A stretch of DNA of 64,000 nt from positions 176 to 64,175 of the forward strand of contig DASXMH010000087.1 of NCBI GenBank assembly GCA_036495785.1, read 5' to 3'. The DNA comes from Solirubrobacterales bacterium. GTDB lineage: Bacteria > Actinomycetota > Thermoleophilia > Solirubrobacterales > 70-9. Numbering within the stretch: position 1 is the stretch's first letter; every line of letters starts with the position of its first letter. Of the stretch, positions 34,063 through 42,759 are shown one piece after another. The notes below the pieces were generated by a model. It made no database searches. It was not told the DNA's origin and saw nothing but the letters and a program-made list of their open reading frames with translations. The position numbers and the translations under genes are program-made.

Positions 34063-35274
34063 CTACCGCAGTTCGCTCGAGTTCTTCCCGAGCAACTGGC
34101 GGGCGACGATCAGCAGCTGGATCTGTTGGGTGCCCTCGAAGATGTCGAGGATCTTCGCGTCGCGGGCCCACTTCTCGAGCAGCTCGGTCTCGCCGAGGCC
34201 GACCGCGCCGCAGAGCTCGACGCAACCGAGCGTCACGTCGACGCAGGTGCGGCCCGCCTTCGCCTTCGCCATCGAGGCCTGCAGCGAGTTGGGCTTCGAG
34301 TTGTCGGCCATCCAGGCCGCCTGCAGCGTGAGCAGCCAGGCCGCCTCGTAGTCCGCCTCCATCTCGAGGAAACGGGCCGCGGCGGCGGGCTGGGAGAGGG
34401 CGGGGGTGTCGTAGTCGATCTCGACCCCCGCCGAGGCCAGTTGCCGGCGCGTCTCCTCGAGCGCCGCCCGGGTCACCCCGACGGCCATCGCGGCGACCAG
34501 CGGCCGCGTGTTGTCGAAGGTCTGCATCGCCCCCGCGAAGCCCTTCTCGACGTTGACGTCGGGGCTGCCGAGCAGCGCCTCCTTCGGCACCCGGCAGTCC
34601 TGCAGGGTGAAGTTGGCGGTGTCGGAGGCGCGGATGCCGAGCTTGTGCTCGAGCCGGTCGAGCTTCAGCCCCGGGTTGTCACGCTCGACGATGAACGACT
34701 TGATCGCGGCGCGGCCGACGCTGCGGTCGAGCGTTGCCCAGACGACGATCAGGTCGGCGCGGTCGCCCGAGGTGACGAAGATCTTCTCGCCGTTGAGGAC
34801 GTATTCGTCGCCGTCGAGCTCGGCGGTGGTGCGGATCGCCGCCGAGTCGGAGCCCGCTTCGGGCTCGGTGATCGCCATCGCCGCCCACTTGCCGCCGTAG
34901 CGCTCGAGCTGCTCCTCGGTCGCCACCGAGGCGATCGCCGAGTTGCCGAGCCCCTGGCGCGGCATCGAGAGCAGCAGGCCGACGTCGCCCCAGCAGAGCT
35001 CGATGATGCCGAGCACGGTGGAGAGGTTGGAGCCGTTGCGGTTCTCCCCCAGGTCGGCGCCGTTGGAGCGGCGCACGCCCGCGGCGCCGGCGCCGCCGAG
35101 GTCGGAGCCCTCGTTCATGCCGTCGATCAGCGACGCCAGCATGTCGAGCTCTTTCGGGTAGGCGTGCTCGGCCTCGTCGTACTTGCGCGAGATCGGGCGG
35201 AACACCTCGGTCGCGACCTGGTTGGCCTGGGTCGCCAGCGGCTTGAACTTCTTCGGAATCTCAAGGTTGATCAT
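34063..35274 (-). CDS. acyl-CoA dehydrogenase
   Basis: 403 aa with AMAITEPEAGSDSAA, GEKIFVTSG, TFDNTRPLVAA and IFEGTQQIQ. Confidence 0.85.
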   Translation of the reverse strand: MINLEIPKKFKPLATQANQVATEVFRPISRKYDEAEHAYPKELDMLASLIDGMNEGSDLGGAGAAGVRRSNGADLGENRNGSNLSTVLGIIELCWGDVGLLLSMPRQGLGNSAIASVATEEQLERYGGKWAAMAITEPEAGSDSAAIRTTAELDGDEYVLNGEKIFVTSGDRADLIVVWATLDRSVGRAAIKSFIVERDNPGLKLDRLEHKLGIRASDTANFTLQDCRVPKEALLGSPDVNVEKGFAGAMQTFDNTRPLVAAMAVGVTRAALEETRRQLASAGVEIDYDTPALSQPAAAARFLEMEADYEAAWLLTLQAAWMADNSKPNSLQASMAKAKAGRTCVDVTLGCVELCGAVGLGETELLEKWARDAKILDIFEGTQQIQLLIVARQLLGKNSSELR

Positions 35275-35301
35275 GGTTTCTCCTTCGCTCGTGCCGGTCG
35301 G

Positions 35302-36645
35302 CTAGACGAGCAGGGCGCCCTCCATCACGCCCGCGGATCGCAGGTCGCGGTACCAGCGCTCGACCGGGTGCTCCTTGACGAAGCCGTGGCCGCCGAGCAG
35401 CTGGACGCCGTCGGAGCCGATCTTCATCCCCTTCTGGGCGGCGAGCCGGCGGGCGATCGCCGCCTCGCGGGCGAAGTCGTCGCGCTGGTCGGCGCGGCTG
35501 GCCGCGCGGTAGGTGGCGAGGCGCATGCCGCTCGACTCGATGCCGATGTCGGAGACCGCGAAGGCGACGCCCTGGCGGTTGGAGACCGGTTCGCCGAAGG
35601 CCTGGCGGTCGTTGACGTAGGGGATGACGTAGTCGAGGACCGCCTGCGCGGTGCCGACCGAGAGCGAGGCCCAGGCGATCCGCGCCCGGTTGACGCAATC
35701 GACGTAGTCGGCGCGCTTGCCCTCGCCGAGGATCGCCGTCGCCGGAACCTTGACGCCCTCGAGGATCAGCCTGCCGGTAGCGGCGGGGCGGAGGCCCATC
35801 GCCGGCTCGTCCTCGACCGAGAGGCCGTCGGTGCCGGACTCGACGACGAAGAGCGCCGGGCCGACCCCCTCCGCCTCGGCGGCGACGAGGAAGAGCTCGC
35901 ATTCGCTCGCGCGGGCGATCAGCGACTTGGCGCCGTCGAGCACCCAGTCCGACCCGGCGCGGCGCGCTCTCGTGTCGAGCCTCAGCGGATCGAACAGGGG
36001 CCGCGGCTCGAGGATCGCCAGCGCCGCGGCGGGCACGTCCTCACCGGTGAAGGCGGGCAGGTAGGTCGCCTCCTGCTCGGCCGAGCCCCAGAGCCCGATC
36101 GCGGTGGCGACGGCTCCAGGCGCGAGCGCCGCGTAGGCGATTCCCATGTCGCCGTGGGCGAGCGTCTCGCCGATCAGCGCGGTGGTCGTCGCCGCGCCTT
36201 CTTCCATCACCCCGCCGAGCTCGGCCGGTACGCCGAGCATCGCGACGCCCAGCTCGGTCGCCTGGGCGAGGACCTCCGGCGGCGTCTTGCGCTCGTCGTC
36301 GGCGGCTTTCGCCGCCGGGCGGATCTTCTCCTCGGCGAACGCGCGGCCCGCCTCCTGGAACATCGACTGCTCGTCGTCGGGGGTGATGTCGAAGAGGCCC
36401 TTGGACTTGGAGCGCGGCTGGCGCGCCGGTTTGCCGAGCTGCTGGGCGGCCTTGAAGGTGCGCCCGGCGACCGTCGCCGTGCGGAAGCCCGATTTGGTGC
36501 CCTGGAAGAGGGCCCGCTCGACCCCTTTGCGGATGCGGATGCGGTCGAGCAGATCGGAGCCGGCGAGCCAGTTCAGCCCCCGCAGGCCGATGCCCATCGC
36601 GCGCTCGGCCACGCCCCTGTCGGTGTCGGTCGTCGTCGTGCTCAC
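35302..36645 (-). CDS. acyl-CoA dehydrogenase (second, FadE-like)
   Basis: GTG 36645 overlaps the MaoC stop (GTGA). An alternative ATG is at 36597. Motifs include DDERKTPPEVLAQATELG, GAKSLI, RQAFGEPV and LGGHGF. Confidence 0.8.
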   Translation of the reverse strand: MSTTTTDTDRGVAERAMGIGLRGLNWLAGSDLLDRIRIRKGVERALFQGTKSGFRTATVAGRTFKAAQQLGKPARQPRSKSKGLFDITPDDEQSMFQEAGRAFAEEKIRPAAKAADDERKTPPEVLAQATELGVAMLGVPAELGGVMEEGAATTTALIGETLAHGDMGIAYAALAPGAVATAIGLWGSAEQEATYLPAFTGEDVPAAALAILEPRPLFDPLRLDTRARRAGSDWVLDGAKSLIARASECELFLVAAEAEGVGPALFVVESGTDGLSVEDEPAMGLRPAATGRLILEGVKVPATAILGEGKRADYVDCVNRARIAWASLSVGTAQAVLDYVIPYVNDRQAFGEPVSNRQGVAFAVSDIGIESSGMRLATYRAASRADQRDDFAREAAIARRLAAQKGMKIGSDGVQLLGGHGFVKEHPVERWYRDLRSAGVMEGALLV

Positions 36646-37595
36646 TTTGCCTTTCCTTTGGTTCTGGTCTTGGTCGCGACCGGGCTGACCCGGCCGTCGA
36701 GGTGCCGGGCGCCGCGCTTCTCGCCGCGGCCCCGCACCGTGAAGTCGATCTCCTCGCCGTCCGCTCCTGCGCCCCCGGCGTGCACCTGGTCCTGGGTCGC
36801 GAACTCGACCCGCGACGGCAGCAAGATCGGCCGGCGGAAGCGGACGTCGACGGCGAAGGCGTCGGGAAGGCGCGGCTCGAGCGCCGCCAGCGCCCGCGCC
36901 TTCGTCCACATTCCGTGCGCAATCGCCGCCGGGAAGCCGAGCGGCTTCGCAGTCAGCGAGTGCATGTGGATCGGGTTGCGGTCGCCGGAGACGGCGCCGT
37001 AGCGCCGGCCGAGGTCGCCGGGGAGCCGCCACTCGGCGCTCGCCGCGACCTCCTCGCCGACGATCGGGAACGCCTCCCCCGATGCCGCGCCCGGGTCGCC
37101 CTTGCCGCGCCGCAGGATGGTGGTGGTGCTCTCCCAGGCGATCTGCCGGCCGACCCGAACCTCGGTCACCAGGTCGAACGTCCTCCCTTTCGGGTGGGCG
37201 ACGAGCTTGGTGGCCCGCACCCGCAGATCGAGTTCCTCGTCGATCCCGAGCCGCCGGTGCTGGGTGATCCGGTTGGCGACGTGGACGAGGCCGACCGAGC
37301 CGAACGGGAACGACCCGTCCGACATCAGGGCCATGTGCAGGGGGAAGGCGAGCACGTGCGGGTAGGTCGGCGGCAGGTGGTCGCGCAGGACGAAGGCGCA
37401 GACCTTGGCGTAGGCGGCGACCGCGTCGGGGTCGGCGACGACGCCGTCGAGCTCCAGCCGCACGTCGGGGACCTCCCCGCCGCCGCCCGGGATGAACGGC
37501 AGCAGCGAGGCGCCCGGCACCAGCGGCGCCGCGGCGCGCGCGTAGAGCGGCAGGATCGACGGCGCGCCGGGCAGCTTCTTCGTTTCGGTCGGCAC
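36642..37595 (-). CDS. MaoC-like (R)-specific enoyl-CoA hydratase, double hot-dog
   Basis: YGAVSGDRNPIHMHSLTAKPLGFPAAIAHGMW is present. GTG 37595 lies 4 nt after the upstream stop. Confidence 0.75.
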   Translation of the reverse strand: MPTETKKLPGAPSILPLYARAAAPLVPGASLLPFIPGGGGEVPDVRLELDGVVADPDAVAAYAKVCAFVLRDHLPPTYPHVLAFPLHMALMSDGSFPFGSVGLVHVANRITQHRRLGIDEELDLRVRATKLVAHPKGRTFDLVTEVRVGRQIAWESTTTILRRGKGDPGAASGEAFPIVGEEVAASAEWRLPGDLGRRYGAVSGDRNPIHMHSLTAKPLGFPAAIAHGMWTKARALAALEPRLPDAFAVDVRFRRPILLPSRVEFATQDQVHAGGAGADGEEIDFTVRGRGEKRGARHLDGRVSPVATKTRTKGKAK

Positions 37596-37599
37596 GTCC

Positions 37600-38925
37600 C
37601 TACGCCCCCAGGAGGCTCTGGCCGCAGACGCGGACGACGTTGCCGTTGACCCCGGTGGTGGCGGGGGAGGCGAACCAGGCGATCGTCTCGGCGACGTCGA
37701 CCGGCAGCCCACCTTGGGAGAGCGAGGAGAGTCGGCGGCCGGCTTCGCGTGGGCCGATCGGCATCGCCGCGGTCATCTGGGTCTCGATGAAGCCCGGCGC
37801 GACGGCGTTGATAGTCGCATTGCGCTTCGCCAGCTCCGGCGCCAGCGATTCGACCATCCCGATCACGCCCGCCTTCGAGGCGGCGTAGTTGGTCTGGCCC
37901 GAGTTGCCCGCGATCCCCGACATCGAGGAGACGCAGACGATGCGGCCGTTGGCGTTCAGGCGTTTCGAGTCAAGCAGCGCGTCGTTGATCCGCTCCTCGG
38001 AGGAGAGGTTGATCTCCATCAGCTGCGCCCAGCGGTCTTCGGGCATCTTCGCGATCGTGCGGTCGCGGGTGACGCCGGCGTTGTGGACGACGACGTCGAC
38101 GCCCTCGGCGAAGTGCGCGGCGATCTGCTCGGGCGCGTCGTCGGCGGTGATGTCGAGGGCGAGGGCCTCGCCGCCGAGCGCCTCGACCACGGCGCCCAGG
38201 TCGGCCTCGGCCTGCGGCACGTCGAGGCCGACGACCTTGGCGCCGTCGCGGCCGAGCGTCGCCGCGATCGCAGCGCCGATCCCGCGCGAGGCGCCGGTCA
38301 CCAGCGCCGTCTTGCCGGCGAGCGGCTGGTCCCAGTCGATCTCCGGGGTCGGTGCGACGCCCTTGGCGATCCGGATCACCTGGCCGTCCACGTAAGCCGA
38401 GCGCGGCGAGAGCAGGAAGCGCAGGGTCGAATCGAGCTGATCCTCGGCGCCCGGCTCGACGTAGACGAGCTGCGCGGTGGCGCCCTTGCCGCCGATCTCC
38501 TTGGCGAGCGAGCGGGTGAAGCCCTCGAGCGCCCGCTGTGCGGTGTGGGCGCGGGCGGAGCCTGCCAGCGCCGGGGTGGTGCCGAGGACGACGACGCGGC
38601 CGCTGCGCCGCAGTCGCGGCACCGCCGGGTAGAAGAAGCGCTGGAGCTCGACCAGCTCGGTCGAGTCGGCGATCCCGGAGGCGTCGAAGACGAGCGCCTT
38701 GGCCTTGCCCTCGGCGCCCGCGCGTTCGGCGCCGATGCCGTCGAGCACCTTCTTCAGCGGGCGCTCCAGGGTGCCGCCCGGGGCGGCGCCGCTAAGCACC
38801 GGCCCCGCGACCACCGGCTTGCCCGGGTGAAAGCGGTCGAGGTCGACCGGCTGGGGGAGCCCGAACTGGCGGGCGACCGTCGAGACGACCGGCGCGTTGA
38901 CGATCTGCGAGTACCTGTCACTCAT
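37600..38925 (-). CDS. two-domain SDR oxidoreductase (FabG4-like 3-oxoacyl/3-hydroxyacyl reductase)
   Basis: ATGA overlap with the thiolase stop. The C-terminal SDR domain has TGASRGIG, NAG and YAASKAG. Confidence 0.8.
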   Translation of the reverse strand: MSDRYSQIVNAPVVSTVARQFGLPQPVDLDRFHPGKPVVAGPVLSGAAPGGTLERPLKKVLDGIGAERAGAEGKAKALVFDASGIADSTELVELQRFFYPAVPRLRRSGRVVVLGTTPALAGSARAHTAQRALEGFTRSLAKEIGGKGATAQLVYVEPGAEDQLDSTLRFLLSPRSAYVDGQVIRIAKGVAPTPEIDWDQPLAGKTALVTGASRGIGAAIAATLGRDGAKVVGLDVPQAEADLGAVVEALGGEALALDITADDAPEQIAAHFAEGVDVVVHNAGVTRDRTIAKMPEDRWAQLMEINLSSEERINDALLDSKRLNANGRIVCVSSMSGIAGNSGQTNYAASKAGVIGMVESLAPELAKRNATINAVAPGFIETQMTAAMPIGPREAGRRLSSLSQGGLPVDVAETIAWFASPATTGVNGNVVRVCGQSLLGA

Positions 38926-40217
38926 TTGGCGGCTCCTTCCGGGCCCTCGAGGATCGCGACGACGCCCTGGCCGCCGGCGGCGCAGATCGAGATCAGGCCG
39001 CGTCCCTTTCCGTCTCCGTGCAGCTGTTTGGCGAGGCCGGCGACGATCCGCCCGCCGGTCGCCGCGAACGGGTGGGCGGCGGCGAGCGAGCCGCCGTTGA
39101 CGTTCAGCTTCGCCCGGTCGATCGCCCCGAGCGGGGCGTCGCGGCCGAGCTTCTCCCTGCAGAAGGCCGCGTCTTCCCAGGCCTTCAGCGTGCAGAGGAC
39201 CTGGGCGGCGAAGGCCTCGTGGATCTCGTAGTAGTCGAAGTCCTGCAGGCTGAGGCCGGCGCGGTCGAGCATCCGCGGCATCGCGTAGGCGGGCGCCATC
39301 AGGAGCCCTTCGCGCTTGTGGACGTGGTCGACGGCGGCGGTCTGCGCCTCTGAGAAGTAGGCCAGCACCGGCAGGTCGTGTTCCTTCGCCCACTCCTCGG
39401 AGGCGAGCAGCACGGCCGAGGCGCCGTCGGAGAGCGGCGTCGAGTTGGCCGCGGTCATCGTCCCCTCGGGGCCGCCGAAGACCGGCTTCAGCTTCGCCAG
39501 CTTCTCGACGCTCGAGTCGGGGCGCAGGTTGCCGTCGCGCTCGAGGCCGAGGTAGGGGGTGATCAGGTCGGCCTGGAAGCCGCGCTCGTAGGCGGCCGCG
39601 AGGTTCTTGTGGGAGGTGACCGCGAGCTCGTCCTGCTCGGCGCGGCCGATGTCCCATTCGGTGGCCATGATCGCGCAGTGCTCGCCCATCGAGAGGCCGG
39701 TGCGCGGCTCCTCGTTGCGGGGGATGCGGGGGACGACGTGGCCGGGGCGGAAGCGCGTCAGCGTCTTCAGTTTGCCGCCGGTCGAGCGCTGGCGGTTGGC
39801 GTCGAGCAGCGTCGCGCGGAGCTCTTCGTTCAACTCGATCGGCGCGTCGGAGGTGGTGTCGGCGCCGCAGGCGATGCCCACGTCGATCTGCCCGAGGGCG
39901 ATCTTGTTGGCGACCAGGATCGCCGTCTCCAGGCCGGTGCCGCAGGCCTGCTGGACGTCGTAGGCGGGGGTCTCGGGGGCGAGGCGGGTGCTCAGCACGC
40001 TCTCGCGGGTAAGGTCGCGGTCGTGGGAGTGCTTCAGCACCGCGCCGCCCGCGACCTCGCCGAGCCGCTCGCCCTCGAGGCCGTAGCGGTCGATCAGCCC
40101 GTCGAGCGCCGCGGTGAGCATGTCCTGGTTGGTCGCGTGCGCGTACTTGGTGTCGGAGCGCGCGAAGGGGATCCGGTTGCCGCCGATCACGGCGACCCGG
40201 CGGGTCTCTGGGTTCAT
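38922..40217 (-). CDS. acetyl-CoA C-acyltransferase (thiolase)
   Basis: ATGA overlap with the TetR stop. Motifs include VAVIGGNRIPFARS, QQACGTGLE, NVNGGSLAAAHPFAATG and ICAAGGQG. Confidence 0.85.
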   Translation of the reverse strand: MNPETRRVAVIGGNRIPFARSDTKYAHATNQDMLTAALDGLIDRYGLEGERLGEVAGGAVLKHSHDRDLTRESVLSTRLAPETPAYDVQQACGTGLETAILVANKIALGQIDVGIACGADTTSDAPIELNEELRATLLDANRQRSTGGKLKTLTRFRPGHVVPRIPRNEEPRTGLSMGEHCAIMATEWDIGRAEQDELAVTSHKNLAAAYERGFQADLITPYLGLERDGNLRPDSSVEKLAKLKPVFGGPEGTMTAANSTPLSDGASAVLLASEEWAKEHDLPVLAYFSEAQTAAVDHVHKREGLLMAPAYAMPRMLDRAGLSLQDFDYYEIHEAFAAQVLCTLKAWEDAAFCREKLGRDAPLGAIDRAKLNVNGGSLAAAHPFAATGGRIVAGLAKQLHGDGKGRGLISICAAGGQGVVAILEGPEGAAK

Positions 40218-40873
40218 GCCTTGGGGGTTCCTTTCCCGGGTTTGGAAGTGGGGGAGATGGCGGCCTGCGAGCGGGCGCGGATGCCCGGCTCGACCGTCGA
40301 GATCAGGAGCTCGGCCGCCTCGCCGGCGGAGATCGCCTCGGTGCGCAGCCACCAGCGGGCGAGCTCCTCGGCGGCGCCGAGGAGGGCGGCGGAGAGGGCC
40401 TCGATTTCGACCCGGTGGGCGTCGCGGAGGCCTTCGGGCAGTTGGGCGAGCAGCGAGCCGGAGACCAACTCGATGATCTGGCCGCGGTAGGCGGCGACGC
40501 GGTCGGCGACCTCACCGCTCACCGGCAGCGTCTCGTCGAAGAGCACCGCCCAGGCGGCCCGGTCGGAGTCGAGGAAGGCGAAGAAGGCCCGCACCCCGGC
40601 GCCGAGAGCGTCGCCGGGGCTGTCGGTCCCGCCGATCGCCTCGCCGACCGTCCGGGTCAGCGCGTCACCGGCCTGCTCCATGCAGGCGATGTAGAGCCGC
40701 TCCTTGTTGCCGAAGTAGTTGTAGAGCAGCGGCTTCGTCACCCCGACCGCGGCCGCGATCTCGTCCATGGTCACGTCGGCGTAGCCCCGCTCCGCGAAGA
40801 GCCCGTGGGCGACCCCGAGCGTCTGCTCCATCCGGTCGCTCCGCGACAGCCGTGATCTGACCGCTGCATCCAT
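40214..40873 (-). CDS. TetR-family transcriptional regulator, first gene of the beta-oxidation operon
   Basis: LFAERGYADVTMDEIAAAVGVTKPLLYNYFGNKERLY is the canonical TetR HTH. Confidence 0.85.
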   Translation of the reverse strand: MDAAVRSRLSRSDRMEQTLGVAHGLFAERGYADVTMDEIAAAVGVTKPLLYNYFGNKERLYIACMEQAGDALTRTVGEAIGGTDSPGDALGAGVRAFFAFLDSDRAAWAVLFDETLPVSGEVADRVAAYRGQIIELVSGSLLAQLPEGLRDAHRVEIEALSAALLGAAEELARWWLRTEAISAGEAAELLISTVEPGIRARSQAAISPTSKPGKGTPKA

Positions 40874-40881
40874 CGATGCAT

Positions 40882-40917
40882 ACGTTACCCGACTATAAAT
40901 TTATATCCACGTAACGT
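40882..40917. promoter_or_regulatory. nested palindromes in the AT-rich tetR promoter region (operator candidate)
   Basis: ACGTTAC (40882-88) pairs with GTAACGT (40911-17), flanking the perfect 12-bp palindrome TATAAATTTATA (40894-40905). Confidence 0.5.
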
Positions 40918-41013
40918 GACGGACCTCACTCAGGTCCCGATGCGGCCTCGTCCTTTATGCGGCGGCGCATAAGGCGGCGCCGTATAAGAGGTGGAAGTGG
41001 GTAGGAAGGAGCC

Positions 41014-41580
41014 ATGAGGAGGGTCGGGACCGGGTTGGCGATGCTCTGGGCGCTGGCGGCGCTCTGCGCCGGCCTGGGATCGGGGTCGGCCGAAGCGGCC
41101 GGGAACAAGAAGCTGGTCGAAGGGACGGTCTACGACACGACCTGTTCGGCGACCTGCATGCCGGAATGCCCGCCGCCGCCTTGCGGGCCGGTGACCCAGG
41201 CGCGCGCCGACATCATCTGCGCGCAGCGGCGGCGGATCATCGCCTGCCCGCTGAACGGCCAGGCCGGGCCGGAAACCTCCCCGCCGATCTGCCTGCCGAC
41301 GAGCGGCTGCGTCTTCTACCCGGTGTACACGGGCGAAGGGGCGGTGATCAACGTGCGCAGGCGCGGGTCGGCGACCCTGCTGGCGACGCTCCCGGTCACC
41401 GAAGGGCACTTCCAGATCCGCCTCGGCCCGGGGGAATACATCCTCCATCCCTACCTGCCCGAAGAACCGTGCTGGCCGGGCGTGCCTTCGACGGTACACG
41501 TCATAGCCCGCTGGAAGGGGCCGGTCTCGGCCTCGGTGGACGTCGGCAACAGCTGCGTCATGCACCCGGCCGCGAAGTAG
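41014..41580 (+). CDS. secreted Cys-rich hypothetical protein
   Basis: Signal peptide MRRVGTGLAMLWALAALCAGLGSGSAEA, with about 12 Cys in the mature part. Confidence 0.55.
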   Translation: MRRVGTGLAMLWALAALCAGLGSGSAEAAGNKKLVEGTVYDTTCSATCMPECPPPPCGPVTQARADIICAQRRRIIACPLNGQAGPETSPPICLPTSGCVFYPVYTGEGAVINVRRRGSATLLATLPVTEGHFQIRLGPGEYILHPYLPEEPCWPGVPSTVHVIARWKGPVSASVDVGNSCVMHPAAK

Positions 41581-41599
41581 CGCCTCCCGGCGCGACGAG

Positions 41600-41842
41600 C
41601 TAAAGCTCGGTGCCGTCGTAGAGCTTGCGCACGTGGACGGTGCCGGCGGGCGCCGCTTCGAGGCAGAGCTTGCAGAGGACGCACTCGTCGACGTTCTCGT
41701 CGACGATCTCGACATGGCCGTCGGCGTTCTTGAAGATGTCGACGGGGCAGACTTCTTCGAGTTTGGCGGCGACGGCCGCGTCGCCCGCGACCGAGGCGTC
41801 GACCTCGACGTCGATGAAGACCTTGTTCAGCTGCTCGGCCAT
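41600..41842 (-). CDS. small ferredoxin-like protein (4Fe-4S-type Cys motif)
   Basis: 80 aa with EEVCPVDIF...ECVLCKLCLE. Its ATG shares one nt with the SucD-like stop (TGATG). Confidence 0.5.
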   Translation of the reverse strand: MAEQLNKVFIDVEVDASVAGDAAVAAKLEEVCPVDIFKNADGHVEIVDENVDECVLCKLCLEAAPAGTVHVRKLYDGTEL

Positions 41843-42759
41843 CAGGCGAGCACCCCGAGCTTCTCCTTGACCACGGTGGGGATCTCGTCGATCCGCTCGA
41901 CGACGCGGATGCCGGCGGCTTCGAGGCGGGCGATCTTCTCGGTCGCCGTGTCGTCTACGCCCTCGACAATGGTTCCTGCGTGGCCGAAGCTCATCCCCTT
42001 CATCTCCTCGTCGTCCATGAATTTGCCCGCCATGAAGGCGACGATCGGCAGCCGCGAGTTGTTGTCGGCGACCCATTCGGCAAGCTGGGCCTCCATGCGG
42101 CCGCCCGGCTCGGTGTAGATGACGATCGCCTTGGTCTGCTCGTCGGCCTCGAAGAGCGGCATCAGTTCGGCGTAGGTCGAGCCGATGATCGCGTCGCCGC
42201 CGATCGAGACGGCGGTTGAGACGCCGAGCCCGGCCTGGGTGAGAGAAGAGGAGATCTCGGTGGTCATCCCGCCGGAGCGGCTCATCACGCCGACCGGCCC
42301 CGGCGCGTATGCCTTCGCGGCGTCTTTCGCCGGGCCGCCGATGCCGCCCATCTTGCAAACTTCCGGCACGATCAGGCCGAGACAGTTGGGGCCGATGATG
42401 CGGGCGCCATTCATCTCGGCGAGCTCGACCATCTGGGCGACATCGCCGCGCGGGATGCGCTCGGTGACGACGACGATCAGCTTGATCCCGTTCAGGATCG
42501 CCTCGAAGACGGCATCTTTGGTGAAGGCGGGGGGGACCGTGACGACCGAGCCGTCGATCGGCCCGCCGTGGTGCTCGACCGCCTGGGCGACGGTGTCGAA
42601 GACCGGCACGCCGTGCACCTCGCGGCCCTTGCGGCCGGGGGTGACGCCGCCGACCACCTTGGAGCCGTAGTCGAGGCACTCGCGGGTCAGGTTCACGGCC
42701 TCGCGGCCGGTGATCCCTTGGACGATGAAGGTCGTCTCCTTGGTCAGCAGGATGCTCAT
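41842..42759 (-). CDS. sucD: succinate--CoA ligase alpha subunit-like
   Basis: Motifs include FIVQGITGREA, GGVTPGRKG, GPNCLGLI and SFGHAGTIVEG (phospho-His loop). Confidence 0.75.
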   Translation of the reverse strand: MSILLTKETTFIVQGITGREAVNLTRECLDYGSKVVGGVTPGRKGREVHGVPVFDTVAQAVEHHGGPIDGSVVTVPPAFTKDAVFEAILNGIKLIVVVTERIPRGDVAQMVELAEMNGARIIGPNCLGLIVPEVCKMGGIGGPAKDAAKAYAPGPVGVMSRSGGMTTEISSSLTQAGLGVSTAVSIGGDAIIGSTYAELMPLFEADEQTKAIVIYTEPGGRMEAQLAEWVADNNSRLPIVAFMAGKFMDDEEMKGMSFGHAGTIVEGVDDTATEKIARLEAAGIRVVERIDEIPTVVKEKLGVLA

